DNA from: the human T2T-CHM13v2.0 reference genome, Homo sapiens
Length of the DNA: 64,000 nt
NCBI RefSeq assembly: GCF_009914755.1
Contig: NC_060926.1
Strand: one strand, 5' to 3'
Each line of letters starts with the position of its first letter. Within the stretch, counting starts at the first letter, position 1. The translations under genes were made by a program, and so were the position numbers. This document shows positions 15,560 to 37,011 of this stretch, piece by piece. The notes beneath the pieces are model-generated. The model was not told the origin of the DNA and ran no database searches. It was given only the letters and a program-made list of their open reading frames with translations.

Positions 15560-16175
15560 CTGTGATTCCACAGAGCCTGCCCTTGGGGAGAGTGACATGG
15601 GTCCTAGAACAAGGAGCTATAAACCAAGGAACCATCGTGGGCTGTCTGGAGACAAGCAGGGGGAACAGCACATCATGGCTCAGTATTTGTGTTCCTACAT
15701 TTCTCAGACTGTCTGTTCAAGCATTTTGAATAATACACAGCTATAGAAACCAGAGATAATAAAGCTTTAGCGATGGCTCCTTCTCTGGAGACCTTCCAGG
15801 ATAGGTAACTCCCACTGCCCTCCCTGGAGGGATTTGCTTACATTCCAATTTTAAAAACAGATCTCTCTCTGTAATGGAGAATGGAAGTTACCAGCAGCCC
15901 TATCTAAGATCAGGGTTTTGCCATTTTGGGGTGCCTGTCCTGTGACATGCAGGCGCCATTGGACCTCACCATGTCACCTTGTGGAGGTTGGGGTTTTAGA
16001 AAAACTGATGCTAGCAACTGCTCCAGCTGCTGCTTTTGCTGTGAATAATACATGGTCTTTGTCTCTGATCCAGGTGTCTTGTGTCTTCTGTCACTATATG
16101 TGTATAAAATGGTGGCAGGTTAACTTATTAGCCTACGAAGCAGGATACCATCTCAGGCCCTTCTCAGTTTCTGAT
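15560..16175 (+). mobile_element. LTR41-like ERVL LTR (start approximate)
   Basis: 3' end ggtctttgtctctgatccagg...ggcaggttaacttattagc...tctcaggcccttctcagtt resembles LTR41. Confidence 0.55.
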
Positions 16176-16342
16176 TAAACACTTTAACACTTGGTTCTGG
16201 TTCTGGAAAGCAAATAATTCTCCCTACCCTGAAGGGTTGTTGTTAGGACTAGAAGGACAGGAATATACGTAAAAATATACTACTATTTTTATATAGTAGT
16301 ATATTTATACTACTATTTTACGTATAAGAATATACATAAAAA

Positions 16343-16933
<591 letters not shown>

Positions 16934-17149
16934 TCAGCTTTCAGCTGGGCAGTCCTGACAGCGTGTAGGGGAGAAAGGAAAGAACAGTGTGGGTGGAGGC
17001 TGTTAGGGGTGACTTCCTGGGGGCAGGTGAGAGTGGTTTCAGGCCAGGGTGGATGAGGAAAGGGCGGGGGGCATTTCAGGCTGGAGTACTGCCTGGGCAA
17101 AGGGGCAAAGGAAGGAATGAGCCCACGTGTGCTTGCCTTCCTTCACACC

Positions 17150-17800
17150 TGAGCTTCAGTTAGCCGCCAAGTGCTGCACATTTCTTTCCTAGATACTGCT
17201 CAGATACAGCCTCCTCTTTCTGATGCTGGGCTCGCTGCCATCCTACTGGCCTTAGCAGCTTCCTGGCGACAGTCCAGGAACTGTCCTCCAGCTGTGTTAC
17301 TGTCCTCAGCCAGCCTCCCCAGAGCCACCAGGGTGCTCTCTGGAAATGCAAATCTCCCTTTGCTTAAACCACTTACGGGTTTTATTGTCTTCAGAATGAA
17401 GATGAACTTCCTCGGTGTGGCTCACCAAATCCTTCCTGGGCTGGCTTTGTCTTGACAGTGTCACTTCATCTTTTTCTAGCTCTCGTGCTCCTGCTACACT
17501 GCATGGTCTGTGGCTTTGTGAATGAGCCATGCTGTGTTCTGGTGTGACTTTTCATAGACCACCCCTCTTACTTGGACACCACTCACCTCCTTTTTGACAA
17601 TCCAATCCCTACTCACCTGCACACAGGGTACTGAGCCCGTGTGTCTTGTGCTTCTGGTGTTTGCGATCATCCCTGGCTCGCCCGCCTGGCTCCCTCGCTG
17701 GTGGTAAGCTCTCTGAAGGCAGCAGCCAAGTCTCACTGGACTTGGTTTCCTCTGTGTTGAGGACTGCATCTGACTCTTTACAGGTGCTGATGAATAATTA
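17150..17800 (+). mobile_element. L2 3' fragment
   Basis: gaaatgcaaatctccctttgcttaaaccactt...cagaatgaa motif typical of L2. Confidence 0.55.
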
Positions 17801-20800
17801 TTTCTGAGATCAGCCTGGCTGAAGATGGAAAAGGCATTTGGGAGTGGCTGGGTCCTGAGTAGATGTGGTGGGTGGACAGAAGAGGAAGCCGTTGGAGGTT
17901 CAGAAAGCCAGAGAGGAGACTCTTAATTGGATTGGAAGGAGAGGAGCTAAGATTTGCTACTTTTTCACATTTGAAGAAGGTAAAATGGCAGCACATCCTT
18001 CTTTGTAGTTTGAATTAGTGGCACTGAAAGATAGTCTCCTGCTTCCAGCACAGATACTGAAGAAAACTGAACATCTTTGCCTGCACCTGCTCACCTCCAG
18101 CTCTGCATGTCTATAGCTCCATGTGCCAAGGCTGGCTGTTGTGTTGTGTGCAGGTTGCTGCAAACTGTGACCCTGTGGGCATATAGGAATTCTTCCGAGG
18201 GGGTGCTCGTTTTGAGGTCCTCCAAGGTGGCTTCTTGGGGAAGAAATCAGAACCAAATTTATAGGCAGGAAACTCCCCTCTCTAAAAGCATATCCTCTTG
18301 TATTCAGATTTGAAGGACAGGAGTGTCCTGGCATGGGCTCACAGCATCTTGGGTGATGCTGACATGGTGCCCACTACAAAGATATAAGGCAGGTCCAAGA
18401 AAGGGGAGCCCCTCTAGGGAAAGGAGGGCTACAAGTGAAAGATGAGGTCATATTGCTTGATAATTTGGGCTATCAATTTTCAAAGTTCTTTTTTAACCTT
18501 TGACACTTGATGTGATCTTATCTGAATATTCTAGCCTTGCCTCAGCTGTGCAATGGCACCTGAGAGAAAGATTTCATATTACTCTTGGATCTGATTAGTA
18601 AAAGCCTTCAGACCCCCATCCCCAAGTCCAAGGAGAAGTTAACCATAGAAGGGCAAATCTGGGCTCTGGGGCCCAAAGCCTCTCCCCCTGAGATGAGTCT
18701 CCTCCCATGGCACTTTTTGGATGACTCGTTTCCTTTATTCAGAAGGGCTGCTATCGCATTTCAGATCTTCTTGAAGTAGAAGCAGGTCTCACCTCTTTTT
18801 CTGGTATTCAGTGGCACTTCTTAGAGGAATTGCTTCATTTTCCCCTGTTATGAAGATCTGTATGCAAACCTACCTCTTTGGCTAGATTGTAAACTGCTCG
18901 AAGACAGGGACTACATCTTTTTATCTCTTTCTAGTCTGGCAGAAGTTTACTAAATATTAGAATGAATGTTGGGTGATCTGGGGCAGCCTGATTCTCTCAG
19001 TGCCTCATTCTCCCTTTTCTCTACCGTGCCATGTGTCAAAACATTTCACTGGTGTCTTGGTTGCAGCCAAGTGGAACATTCTGTTGACAGAATGGGATTG
19101 CCTGTGGCAATTTCCTCAATGCAACATTCAGGACCGCTTTAATTTTTCACATTTTATGAGGCTTTCCCTTCCTGAAATTGCTTTCTTGTGGCTTTGGCTA
19201 ATAGTTTCACACCTGATGCCAGAAAGGGAGACAGAGCCTTAATGGGTGAAAACACAGGTGTAGTGGAAATTGCCTCTAAGTAAACTCCAAGACTGGGTGT
19301 TGGGGGATGATGTGGTAGGAATGGCTTCACTCAGTTTGCATGGGTGTTGAAATGATATATACGTTTCTTGCCTCTCAATTGAAACATATTCACTGGGTCC
19401 CTAACATGAAATAAAAAATCTTTTTAAGGCCTCTGCCAAACAAGAAATCTATAACTCTATTGTCTATTAATTCATTCAACAAGCCTAATTGTGTGTCTCC
19501 TCTAGTGGTCGAAGAGCAAATTAAAGGTGGTTTTGAGGTCTCATTCATCTCTGCCTTCCCAAGGTTCCTCATTGTTTCCACTTGGTGTATGCTCAGTAAA
19601 TGTTGTCCACCTGCTGTTGAATGATGCGTCTTTTCCACCTGGGATTTCTTATGTCCTGTGGCATTAGGACCATAGCGACAACCACATCTCCCTAGCAACA
19701 ACTCTGGGTGATAGAGATGGATCATACCATAATTGCAAATCCCAGACCTCTGAAAAAGAATGTGATTATTTGGCGGCAGAGCAATGAAAACAGCAGATAA
19801 AAGAAGTGTTATGGAAGGACAAATTAGCAGGATGCCTCAGGCCTGTTTAATCCTTAACAACCCACTTCTCATTGCCTTTGTCTATCAAAAATAGTGAATG
19901 CCAAGGGTTTTACCCCCTCCCAGAGGTCCAGAACAGCGTCCGGACTCAATACAGTTTCTAAAATATTGGGAGATATTTTTAGAGTCATTCAAACCTTTTT
20001 GTTGTCATTTTGTGTTGGCAGTTCACAGGACTTGTGCTGTTTGATCTCCAAACTGTCTTTTACTCCTCAGTCTGAAGTGGGGATTTAAATATAAAGGGGG
20101 GGAGGGGGGATGGAGGAGACACACAAAACAGATGGCGGCCTTGCTGCTGCGACCTGTAGAGATGACATTCCTCTGACAACTTCCTTTCTCCCCAGAGTTC
20201 CCTTTTGGGTAACGCAGAGCAGAGAATTCTCTTATTGATCTTGAAACTGAAAGAGTTAGTTCCCAGTCACTGCAATTGACAAAGGCTTTTGCAGCTCATT
20301 AACTGCCGGATTATGTGGCACAATTCATTAAAATTCTGTTTCATTGACTGCATTTGTAAATAGGCTTGGGGAAGTTTATCACTTTTGCCTCTTGCAGAGC
20401 TTTCCTTCAATGAGTGCATTTTTCTTCCCCTTTCTCCTGGTAGAAAAAGTCTGAAATAATTTGCCACAAGATGTATCATTTAAATGTAAACGAAAATGAA
20501 ATACTGGCTAGGAATTACAGGTTTGGATTTTTTTTCTCTCCATTTGCTATGATCTGATTATTTGGGTTACTTTAATAAATACATTTGCTTCAAGCTCTTG
20601 CCACATTACTTTTGCATAAATCATCAGACTTCTTAGCAGGCCTCTGCGCTGTAATTGCTTTTATTTGAATATAAGCAGAAAGGGAAAGATTAAAGGGAAC
20701 TTAAAAAAAATCTTCCTTTTATTAATACCTAAGCATTAAAGAAGTTATTCTCTGTAAAGCACTCATTTTAAGATGAACCCAGAACACAGGACAAAGAGCA

Positions 20801-20971
20801 GGAAACCAGGCTCTGGGCGTCACCCTTCCCTTTCAGGTGTTCCATGGAGCCATTTGCTTTCCCTAGAGGAGGCATTTTCTCTAAAGGACCATGTAGTATA
20901 TATTTTCAGGCTCTATGGTCTCTATTGCAAGTACTTAGCTGTGCCATTGTAGCACAAAAATAGCCATAGAC

Positions 20972-21625
<654 letters not shown>

Positions 21626-21954
21626 CCACAGACAACACTTCCATGAGTGAGCATGGCTACATTTCAATGTGCTTTTATCTATGGATACTGAAGTGTGAAT
21701 TTTCTGTAATTTTCAAGCATCATGAAATGCTTTCCCTGCTCCTTACCCTTTCTTTCTAACCATTCGAATGTGTAAAAACCATTTGTAGTTTGAGGGCTGT
21801 CTAAACATAGGAGGCAGGTGGGATTTGGCCCACTGGAGGGTTCTAGTTTGCTGACCGCTGCCCTGGAGCACTGGTTCCCAGCTGTGGCCCCTGGATTGGT
21901 GCATCAGCATGACAGGGAGCTTGTGAGACCTGTTGAAGGTTAGTCTTGATTTGA

Positions 21955-22317
<363 letters not shown>

Positions 22318-22757
22318 TGGACTAAGAATTTCTTCAGACACCTGCTTTCATTCCTCTGATACTTACAAGAAGGTCTTGTTGTCTGCCCTGGGTCATCCTG
22401 GCCACGCCATGAGGGGTTGTGGGTGGGAATGTGGGGATCTCTTGCCAAGGGCGTTGCTGTGGTAAACAATGGCACTTATGTGTTTGTTATTGGCCGATTT
22501 TCATCAGAGGCAGAGCGGGTAAAGTCCTTACATTTCAGCATTTCCTGAGTGTTAGAAATGAGATTGAAGTGCCTTTACTGCAAAGCACCTGTGGGTGCTC
22601 CTTGCACTCTGGACAGAATGTCACTTGAGAGCCATGCTGTCCTGCAATTCAACAGTGTCATTTCAGCCCTCTCTCAATACCCAGTGAATCTTGGTTAGGA
22701 AGAGTAGCTTGGATTGTCTAATCAAACTTCTTTGCAGCTGAGCTCGACAACACTGAT

Positions 22758-25074
<2,317 letters not shown>

Positions 25075-26189
25075 ACACTGATTTTTAATGATGCAATCCT
25101 GATCCCATATGGTACAATGACAACACCAATAACTACCGATTGCACTGAGCCTCTGCTAATGTTCCTGGAATTCACGTATATGAACTCAGAGCCTTGAAAT
25201 AGGACCCTGAGAATGGAAAATATATGTTGATGTCCTAATCCCGGAATGAAGACTCCTAGTTTAAGTAGTTTTGCTAAGAACCTCTCATAGTTGGGAAGTG
25301 GCTGAGTCACTTTGCACGTTCAGATTGATCAGAATCAAACGTTTCTGTTTTTTTCCTTCTAGGTCACTCTAGGTTCAGAAATTACTAATTTATTACTTTT
25401 TCTAAGAAGCAGGAATCAGGAAAATATAAACTGCTTGAAGTACCAGTCTTCTTTACGAAGTCTTCACGTGCCCCAGGAGTCCTCCAGTTAGGGTGCCATT
25501 AGCCAGGAGAGCTCCTGCCCAGGTAAGTCCTCCCTTCGTGACTGGGAAAGAACCACCTCTATGACCCTTTAGGTTATGCAGAGCTGTGGCTGAGGGCACT
25601 GGCTGCTTGTGACGGGCCCATCCACTGTATTCCTTAAGCATGGCCGAAAGTGGAAAATTGCTCCTACAGATCATTGGCTCCATTTCTGTGACTTTTTTGC
25701 ATGCTAGATGGGTAATAACTGCATGACATTACGGAATGTCATCTCCTGTCTTGTAAAAGAAAATGAACATCTACTTGCTTTAGGCTTTGCAACTGGAATT
25801 GTATTTACAGGGCTTGGGACCAAATACTGGCGTGAAGATAGCCTTGCAACATTCCTTCTTTCTCCCTTGTAGGAGCATAAAGAAAGCTTAGAGTCAAACA
25901 CTTCTAGACAACAGTGGGAGGTGCACATTAGGAGACAACAGCCGCTCCCGTATCTCTGCATTCAAATGTAGTACCATAATGATCTTCTCCCTAAATTCAC
26001 ATCCTCTCCCTCAGCTTTTCTGCCAGTAAATTCAGGCCTGGAGGCTGAGACTGATTGCCTGGGGAAGGGGGAAAGGACCATTGCCTGCAACAAAAGTGCC
26101 AGTTTTAGCTTGAGTTTCAAACTAAAGGTTTTAAAGACTTGAAGACCAAGCTAACAAGAGAGAAAAAGGGGTTTTATGGGCTTTCCCCA

Positions 26190-27190
26190 GATTTTCTTTT
26201 TACATATTGTCCCCAACTACCCATTCTCCGTCTTTTTCTTATTGATAGAATTTGTACCCAGCCACATTGACACCCAGAATGGAGCTACCTTGCCCAGCTT
26301 CCCTTACAACCAGGCAAGGATGTCACAATGTAGAACCAATGGGATGAAGGCAGAAACGTTGTGCGGCAGCTGCTGAGAACCTTCCTTAAAACCTAGTCAG
26401 AATGAACCCTATACAACCCTATACCCATCTGCCTTGGCATACAGTTGTTGAATCCTGGGCTGCGAGGACAGAGGTCCCTTCCAGGGGTGATGGAGTGGTG
26501 AGTAGAAGGGAGCCTGGGTCCTGAGGACTTAAGGCAGAGTTGCCTTACCAGCTGTGGAAGGCAGAGCTTGGGCCTCATGACTTTTGCCCTTGGCATTATT
26601 CATGGATATGTTACATTACATGGCAAAATGTAATTAAGGTACCAATTAGTTGACCTTAAAATCGGAAGATTGTCCTGGATTCACCAGGTGGACCTAGTTT
26701 AAATTGTATGAGCCCTTGAAAGGGAAGATCTTTTTCCAGCCCGTCGCAGAAGGGGAAGGCAGAGATTTGAAGCATGAGAAGGATTCGCCATGCAATTATT
26801 GGCTTGAAGATGAGGGCATCTGCATGTCAAGGAGATAGGGATCTCAGTTTCACAACTGCAATGAACTGAATTCTGCTAACAACCTAGATGCACTTGTAAG
26901 TGGATTCTTCCCCAGAGTCTGCAGACAGCCCAGCCCAGCCAACACTTTGAAAGCCAAAGTGGATTTTAGCTTTGAGAGTCCCTGAGCACAGAACGCAACT
27001 GCGCCACACTGTACCAGGACTTCTGGTCCATGGATGCTGTGAGCTAATAACTTTGTGTCTTTTAAAGCTGCTGCATGTGTGGTGATTTGCTATGCAGCAA
27101 TAGACAATGGACAGGCTAGCCTGTATGTAAGTGAAAAACATCGTTTGTTTTCTTCTCAATTGCAGCCCAACCTGATCACAACTAATGCAC
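26190..27190 (+). mobile_element. LTR33-like ERVL LTR interrupted by a MaLR LTR
   Basis: ccattctcc...cccagcttccctta...ccaatgggatgaaggcagaa; end tgcagcccaacctgatcacaactaatgca. Confidence 0.5.
26553..27113 (+). mobile_element. MLT1D/E MaLR LTR
   Basis: tgtggaaggcaga...atgttacattacatggcaaaa...gtggtgatttgctatgcagcaatagacaa. Confidence 0.75.
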
Positions 27191-27475
27191 AAACAAATAA
27201 TCCAAGGCTGAACTGTTGACTGTGGAGACAGGAGATGCAGTGAAGAATATTTCTATTTGAGTGACCCAGGTGGAGGAAGAGAGTGGAGGCAAGAATATAG
27301 ATGTAAGCATCCTTGACCTCCCCAATTCATTGCTGGGCAGGAGGCAGATAAACAGAGGCTTCCAGAAGGGTTCATGTGAGTCCTGGAGCAGAAGGTTTGT
27401 CCATGCATCTTCAGACATGGCCTGGAAAGATTACTCACCTCTCAGAAAAATCTGGGGGGCTGCTGCTTCTCATAT

Positions 27476-27921
27476 TGAGTTAGAAGGCAGAGCTTGGACA
27501 CTGGACCAAATTGAGGACTAGCTAAAATGCGGATGGGGCAAAAACAACTTTCTATAAGATATGCCCAACAGAGTGCCATGTCGGTTTACCATTGCCAGGG
27601 CAACACTCGAGCGGTACCACCTTTGTCCATGGCAATGACTCAACCACCTAGAAATTACCACTCTTTTTCAAGAAATTTTTGCATAATCTGTCCCTTAATT
27701 TTCAAAGTAAATATAAGTGTGAGTACAAAACTGCTTCTGAGCTGCTGCTCTGGGCACACTGCCTCTGGGGTAGCCCTGCTCCACAAGGCACAACACCTCT
27801 GCTGCTGCTTCAATAGAAGTTGCTGTCTAGCACCACTGGCTCACCCTTAAATTCTTTCCTGGGCAAAGGCAACAACCCTCCCAGGTGAAGCCTCGATTTT
27901 GGGTTCACCTGCCTTGCATCA
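27476..27921 (+). mobile_element. MER66-like ERV1 solo LTR
   Basis: tgag...ggaccaaattgaggactagctaaaa...gtttaccattgcca...cctgccttgcatca; 4-bp TSD atat/gtat. Confidence 0.7.
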
Positions 27922-28728
27922 GTATGACACGCAAAAGCAAAGAGAAGATTCTTGGCGGTGGGTGTGAGATGTGATTCTCAGGTTCCCAGGGTCTTGGGCA
28001 AGCTATTCCTTGGAGCTGGGCATGCGATGGGTGTGATGGCAGCCTTGGGCTCTCCAAAGAAAGGCAGCCCCAGCAGGACAGTGGAATTGGTGGGGAAGAA
28101 ACACAGCCTTGCAGGCCATGAGTCCCCCTAGCCACAGACACCTACCTTCACAGTGGGTCCAGCAGGGAGCCAGCCACTCTCTCAGAGCACCAGGACCCTA
28201 ACCTTTCCCAGTGTCCACCTGCTGCTGGGGAGTAGGAAGAAGCAGGATGTTCTTGAGGAGAGGAGACATTCAGGAAGACTAATTACCCAACTGCCTCCGA
28301 CTGACAAGATTGAGCATTTACAGGTATCTTGCAATCAATAAGAGTTCAAGAGCAAGATAAGCTGAGGTACAAAAAATAATGATGGTCACCTTTTGTTTTG
28401 TTTTGTTTTCTCGTTTGGCTCATATTGTATAGTTTTCTAGCTTATAATGTAAAGATTTATCCTTTCCACATTTTTGTTTTTTCCCCATAATTTTCATTCT
28501 TTATTTTAAAAGACTTTCTTCTTACTGGAAAAAAAAAGCATAATTCTATGTCCAACACTGTACTGAATGCTGTGTTTTTTTTTAAACTAAATACATTTTA
28601 ATAGAAAACAAAATGCAAAATAACTCTTTTCAGAAAACAAATATTTAATCCTTTTCCCACAAATTAGAACTTGCTTTATCCTCAGAGCACCATTGAATTA
28701 TTTAGTTTATATTTTCTTCCTTTTTAAA

Positions 28729-29035
28729 TTCTTCCTCCTCCTCTTCTTCTTCTTCTCCTTCTCCTTCTTCTTCTTGTCGTCCAGGCTGGAGTGCAGTGGC
28801 GTGATTTTGGCTCACCACAACCTCCACCTCCGGGTTCAAGTGATTCTCCTGCCTCAGCCTCCCGAGTAGCTGGGATTACAGGAATGTGCCACCACACTTG
28901 GCTAATTTTGCATTTTTAGTAGAGACAGGGTTTTAGCATGTTGGTCAGGCTGGTCTCGAACTCCCAACCTCAGGTGATCTGCCCACCTCAGCCTCCTAAG
29001 TGCTGGGATTACAGGCATGAGCCATCGCACCCAGC
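28729..29035 (-). mobile_element. AluSp-like with (CTT)n tail
   Basis: ggctcaccacaacc and cccaacctcaggtgatc diagnostics. Confidence 0.85.
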
Positions 29036-30331
29036 CACACTTTTCTTCTCTTATGGGCCTCACAACACAGCTGGTGAGACAACACCAGTCCTCAGGAATA
29101 AGTTGGTGTCCATACTGGGGAATTAGGAGCTACAGGGAGAATTTGAGGCATTAAGAAGGGAGTCCATGTGACGGTCTTATGATATTTCTGTAGAGAAATC
29201 AGCCCATGCATTAACTGGGCAAGGAGGGCCTGCACTGGGGGCTGGAAATGACTGCTTTCTGCTGTGGAAGAAACCTAGAAATAACAGGGAAGCTGGGGAG
29301 AAAAAGATGCCCACTCCAAGTACAAGACCATGAGTACTCTTCCAGTCCACATGCCAGCAGGCATGAGAAGGACGAAACTTGGCGCACCAATTTTGGCCTC
29401 TGACAATGTACTGGGTGCACCCCAGAAAATCCAGACCCTATTCAGACATGCAGTTCCCTCGATTTGGGGATCTGTCTGGGCTTGCCATCCTCTTGCAGCA
29501 CTGCCTGGGCATATCTGCTCCAGGTTTCTCTGCTCCACTGTGTTTGGGCGCCTGATTCTCATGGGGCTGGGCACGCAGTTTGGATTTGCTTACACTTCAC
29601 CGATCTTCTATTCCTTTCAATCCCTAGGATTTCTGGTCCACTTCACTGAATCTAGCGTGAAGGGCTTTCTCTCCATGCTTAGCCTGATTTCAGACCTTAA
29701 CAATGTGCCCTGGCCAGGAAAACCCTTCCCTGGCCTGTCCTGATAGACTAGGGGGCCAGGGAGCAAGACTCACAGTATCCAAAGTTGGGACTCCCTTTAA
29801 GGAGAAGGGAACTAAAGAAGCTAAGGAACTGGTTCTAGGTTGCATAGATCATGACTGGAACTCTTGTCTGTGTGGCTGCAAATTCCATGTTCTTTTCCCT
29901 ACAATGTGGTGGTGGTTGGAGCTGGCAAACCCCAATGCCCTCATGGGCCAGGAAGATGGTGCAAAGCCTCCATGGTGAAAAGAGAGAAAGTAGAAACTGT
30001 GGTCTCCAGTTGGAGAGTGCAAGTCCTGCCTAAAGTCATCCAAGTTAAAAAACAAACAAAAAACACTGAACTGGCCAAACAATACAACTCCTGTCCAGGC
30101 TGAGCCATGAGACAAGCGTTTTGTGATTCCTGCTCTACTGTTACCTACCTGCTGGAGAGCCATCTAGTCCACTTGGCACTGAGTGGCTTGATCTTACAGT
30201 TCAGCTTTGCATCCCCAGAGCCAAGCACAGTGCCTGGGATGTACAGGTGTTGCATAAGTGATTGTTGACATTGCATGTATATTTGTAAGGGACCTTAAAT
30301 CTATCCTGGAACAAGAGGGATTAAAAGTTTT

Positions 30332-30638
<307 letters not shown>

Positions 30639-30660
30639 GGGATTAAAAGTTTTAAAGAAG

Positions 30661-31008
<348 letters not shown>

Positions 31009-31631
31009 TCACCCTTTTTTTAATTTAGTTGGCCTTTTATGCCTGTTCTAAACAGGACCAATGTAGGGGGACCCCAGTTCTCCCATCTGACTGGTCTCCA
31101 CTTTGTCTTCACTGTAAAACCTTCTCAGCTTCTGAGTCACCTTCTATGACTTTGTTCATCCGTTTTCCACCCAGAATGCCCTACGCAGTTCTTTAGAAAC
31201 ATTTTTTTTAAAAAAATCTCATTTCAAAAGCTTGTTAACAAAAGTCAGAAAATACAGACATGTGCAAAGGATTTTAAAATATTCATAACCATATCCACCT
31301 AATTTCTGTTAACATACTGATGCATAGCCTTCCAGATCTCCTGTGCACATGTGTGCATGCACACACAGACACACACACTAATAACATCACACCATAATAT
31401 ACATATTGTTTCATAATCTGTTTTTTTTTTATTATACTTTAAGTTTTAGGGTACATGTGCACATTGTGCAGGTTAGTTACATATGTATACATGTGCCATG
31501 CTGGTGCGCTGCACCCACTAACTCGTCATCTAGCATTAGGTATATCTCCCAATGCTATCCCTCCCCCCGCTACCCCACAATAGTCCCCAGATTGTGATGT
31601 TCCCCTTCCTGCGTCCATGTGTTCTCATTGT

Positions 31632-35491
<3,860 letters not shown>

Positions 35492-35539
35492 TTATTTTGC
35501 TTGTTAGTTGATGCAGTTTCTTCCTAGTCTCGATGGTCT

Positions 35540-36556
35540 TTACATTTTGGCATGATTTTGCAGCGGCTGGTACCGGTTGTTCCTTTCCATGTTTAGTGCT
35601 TCCTTCAGGAGCTCTTTTAGGGCAGGCCTGGTGGTGACAAAATCTCTCAGCATTTGCTTGTCTGTAAAGTATTTTATTTCTCCTTCACTTATGAAGCTTA
35701 GTTTGGCTGGATATGAAATTCTGGGTTGAAAATTCTTTTCTTTAAGAATGTTGAATATTGGCCCCCACTCTCTTCTGGCTTGTAGGGTTTCTGCCGAGAG
35801 ATCTGCTCTTAGTCTGATGGGCTTCCCTTTGAGGGTAACCCGACCTTTCTCTCTGGCTGCCCTTAACATTTTTTCCTTCATTTCAACTTTGGTGAATCTG
35901 ACAATTATGTGTCTTGGAGTTTCTCTTCTCAAGGAGTATCTTTGTGGCGTTCTCTGTATTTCCTGAATCTGAACGTTGGCCTGCCTTGCTAGATTGGGGA
36001 AGTTCTCCTGGATAATATCCTGCAGAGTGTTTTCCAACTTGGTTCCATTCTCCCCATCACTTTCAGGTACACCAATCAGACGTAGATTTGGTCTTTTCAC
36101 ATAGTCCCATATTTCTTGGAGGCTTTGCTCATTTCTTTTTATTCTTTTTTCTCTAAACTTCCCTTCTCGCTTCATTTCATTCATTTCATCTTCCATCGCT
36201 GATACCCTTTCTTCCAGTTGATCGCATCGGCTCCTGAGGCTTCTGCATTCTTCACGTAGTTCTCGAGCCTTGGTTTTCAGCTCCATCAGCTCCTTTAAGC
36301 ACTTCTCTGTGTTGGTTATTCTAGTTATACATTCTTCTAAATTTTTTTCAAAGTTTTCAACTTCTTTGCCTTTGGTTTGAATGTCCTCCCGTAGCTCAGA
36401 GTAATTTGTTCGTCTGAAGCCTTCTTCTCTCAGCTCGTCAAAGTCATTCTCCATCCAGCTTTGTTCCGTTGCTGGTGAGGAACTGCGTTCCTTTGGAGGA
36501 AGAGAGGCGCTCTGCGTTTTAGAGTTTCCAGTTTTTCTGTTCTGTTTTTTCCCCAT
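35540..36556 (-). CDS. ORF1: LINE-1 ORF1p, intact 338 aa
   Basis: Complete ORF; REKG, ARR and YPAKLS retained. Confidence 0.96.
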   Translation of the reverse strand: MGKKQNRKTGNSKTQSASLPPKERSSSPATEQSWMENDFDELREEGFRRTNYSELREDIQTKGKEVENFEKNLEECITRITNTEKCLKELMELKTKARELREECRSLRSRCDQLEERVSAMEDEMNEMKREGKFREKRIKRNEQSLQEIWDYVKRPNLRLIGVPESDGENGTKLENTLQDIIQENFPNLARQANVQIQEIQRTPQRYSLRRETPRHIIVRFTKVEMKEKMLRAAREKGRVTLKGKPIRLRADLSAETLQARREWGPIFNILKEKNFQPRISYPAKLSFISEGEIKYFTDKQMLRDFVTTRPALKELLKEALNMERNNRYQPLQNHAKM

Positions 36557-37011
36557 CTTTGTGGTTTTATCTACTTTTGGTCTTTGATGATGGTGATGTA
36601 CAGATGGGTTTTTGGTGTGGATGTCCTTTCTGTTTGTTAGTTTTCCTTCTAACAGACAGGACCCTCAGCTGCAGGTCTGTTGGAATACCCTGCCGTGTGA
36701 GGTGTCAGTGTGCCCCTGCTGGGGGGTGCCTCCCAGTTAGGCTGCTCGGGGGTTAGGGGTGAGGGACCCACTTGAGGAGGCAGTCTGCCCGTTCTCAGAT
36801 CTCCAGCTGCGTGCTGGGAGAACCACTGCTCTCTTCAAAGCTGTCAGACAGGGACATTTAAGTCTGCAGAGGTTACTGCTGTCTTTTTGTTTGTCTGTGC
36901 CCTGCCCCCAGAGGTGGAGCCTACAGAGGCAGGCAGGCCTCCTTGAGCTGTGGTGGGCTCCACCCAGTTTGAGCTTCCTGGCTGCTTTGTTTACCTAAGC
37001 AAGCCTGGGCA

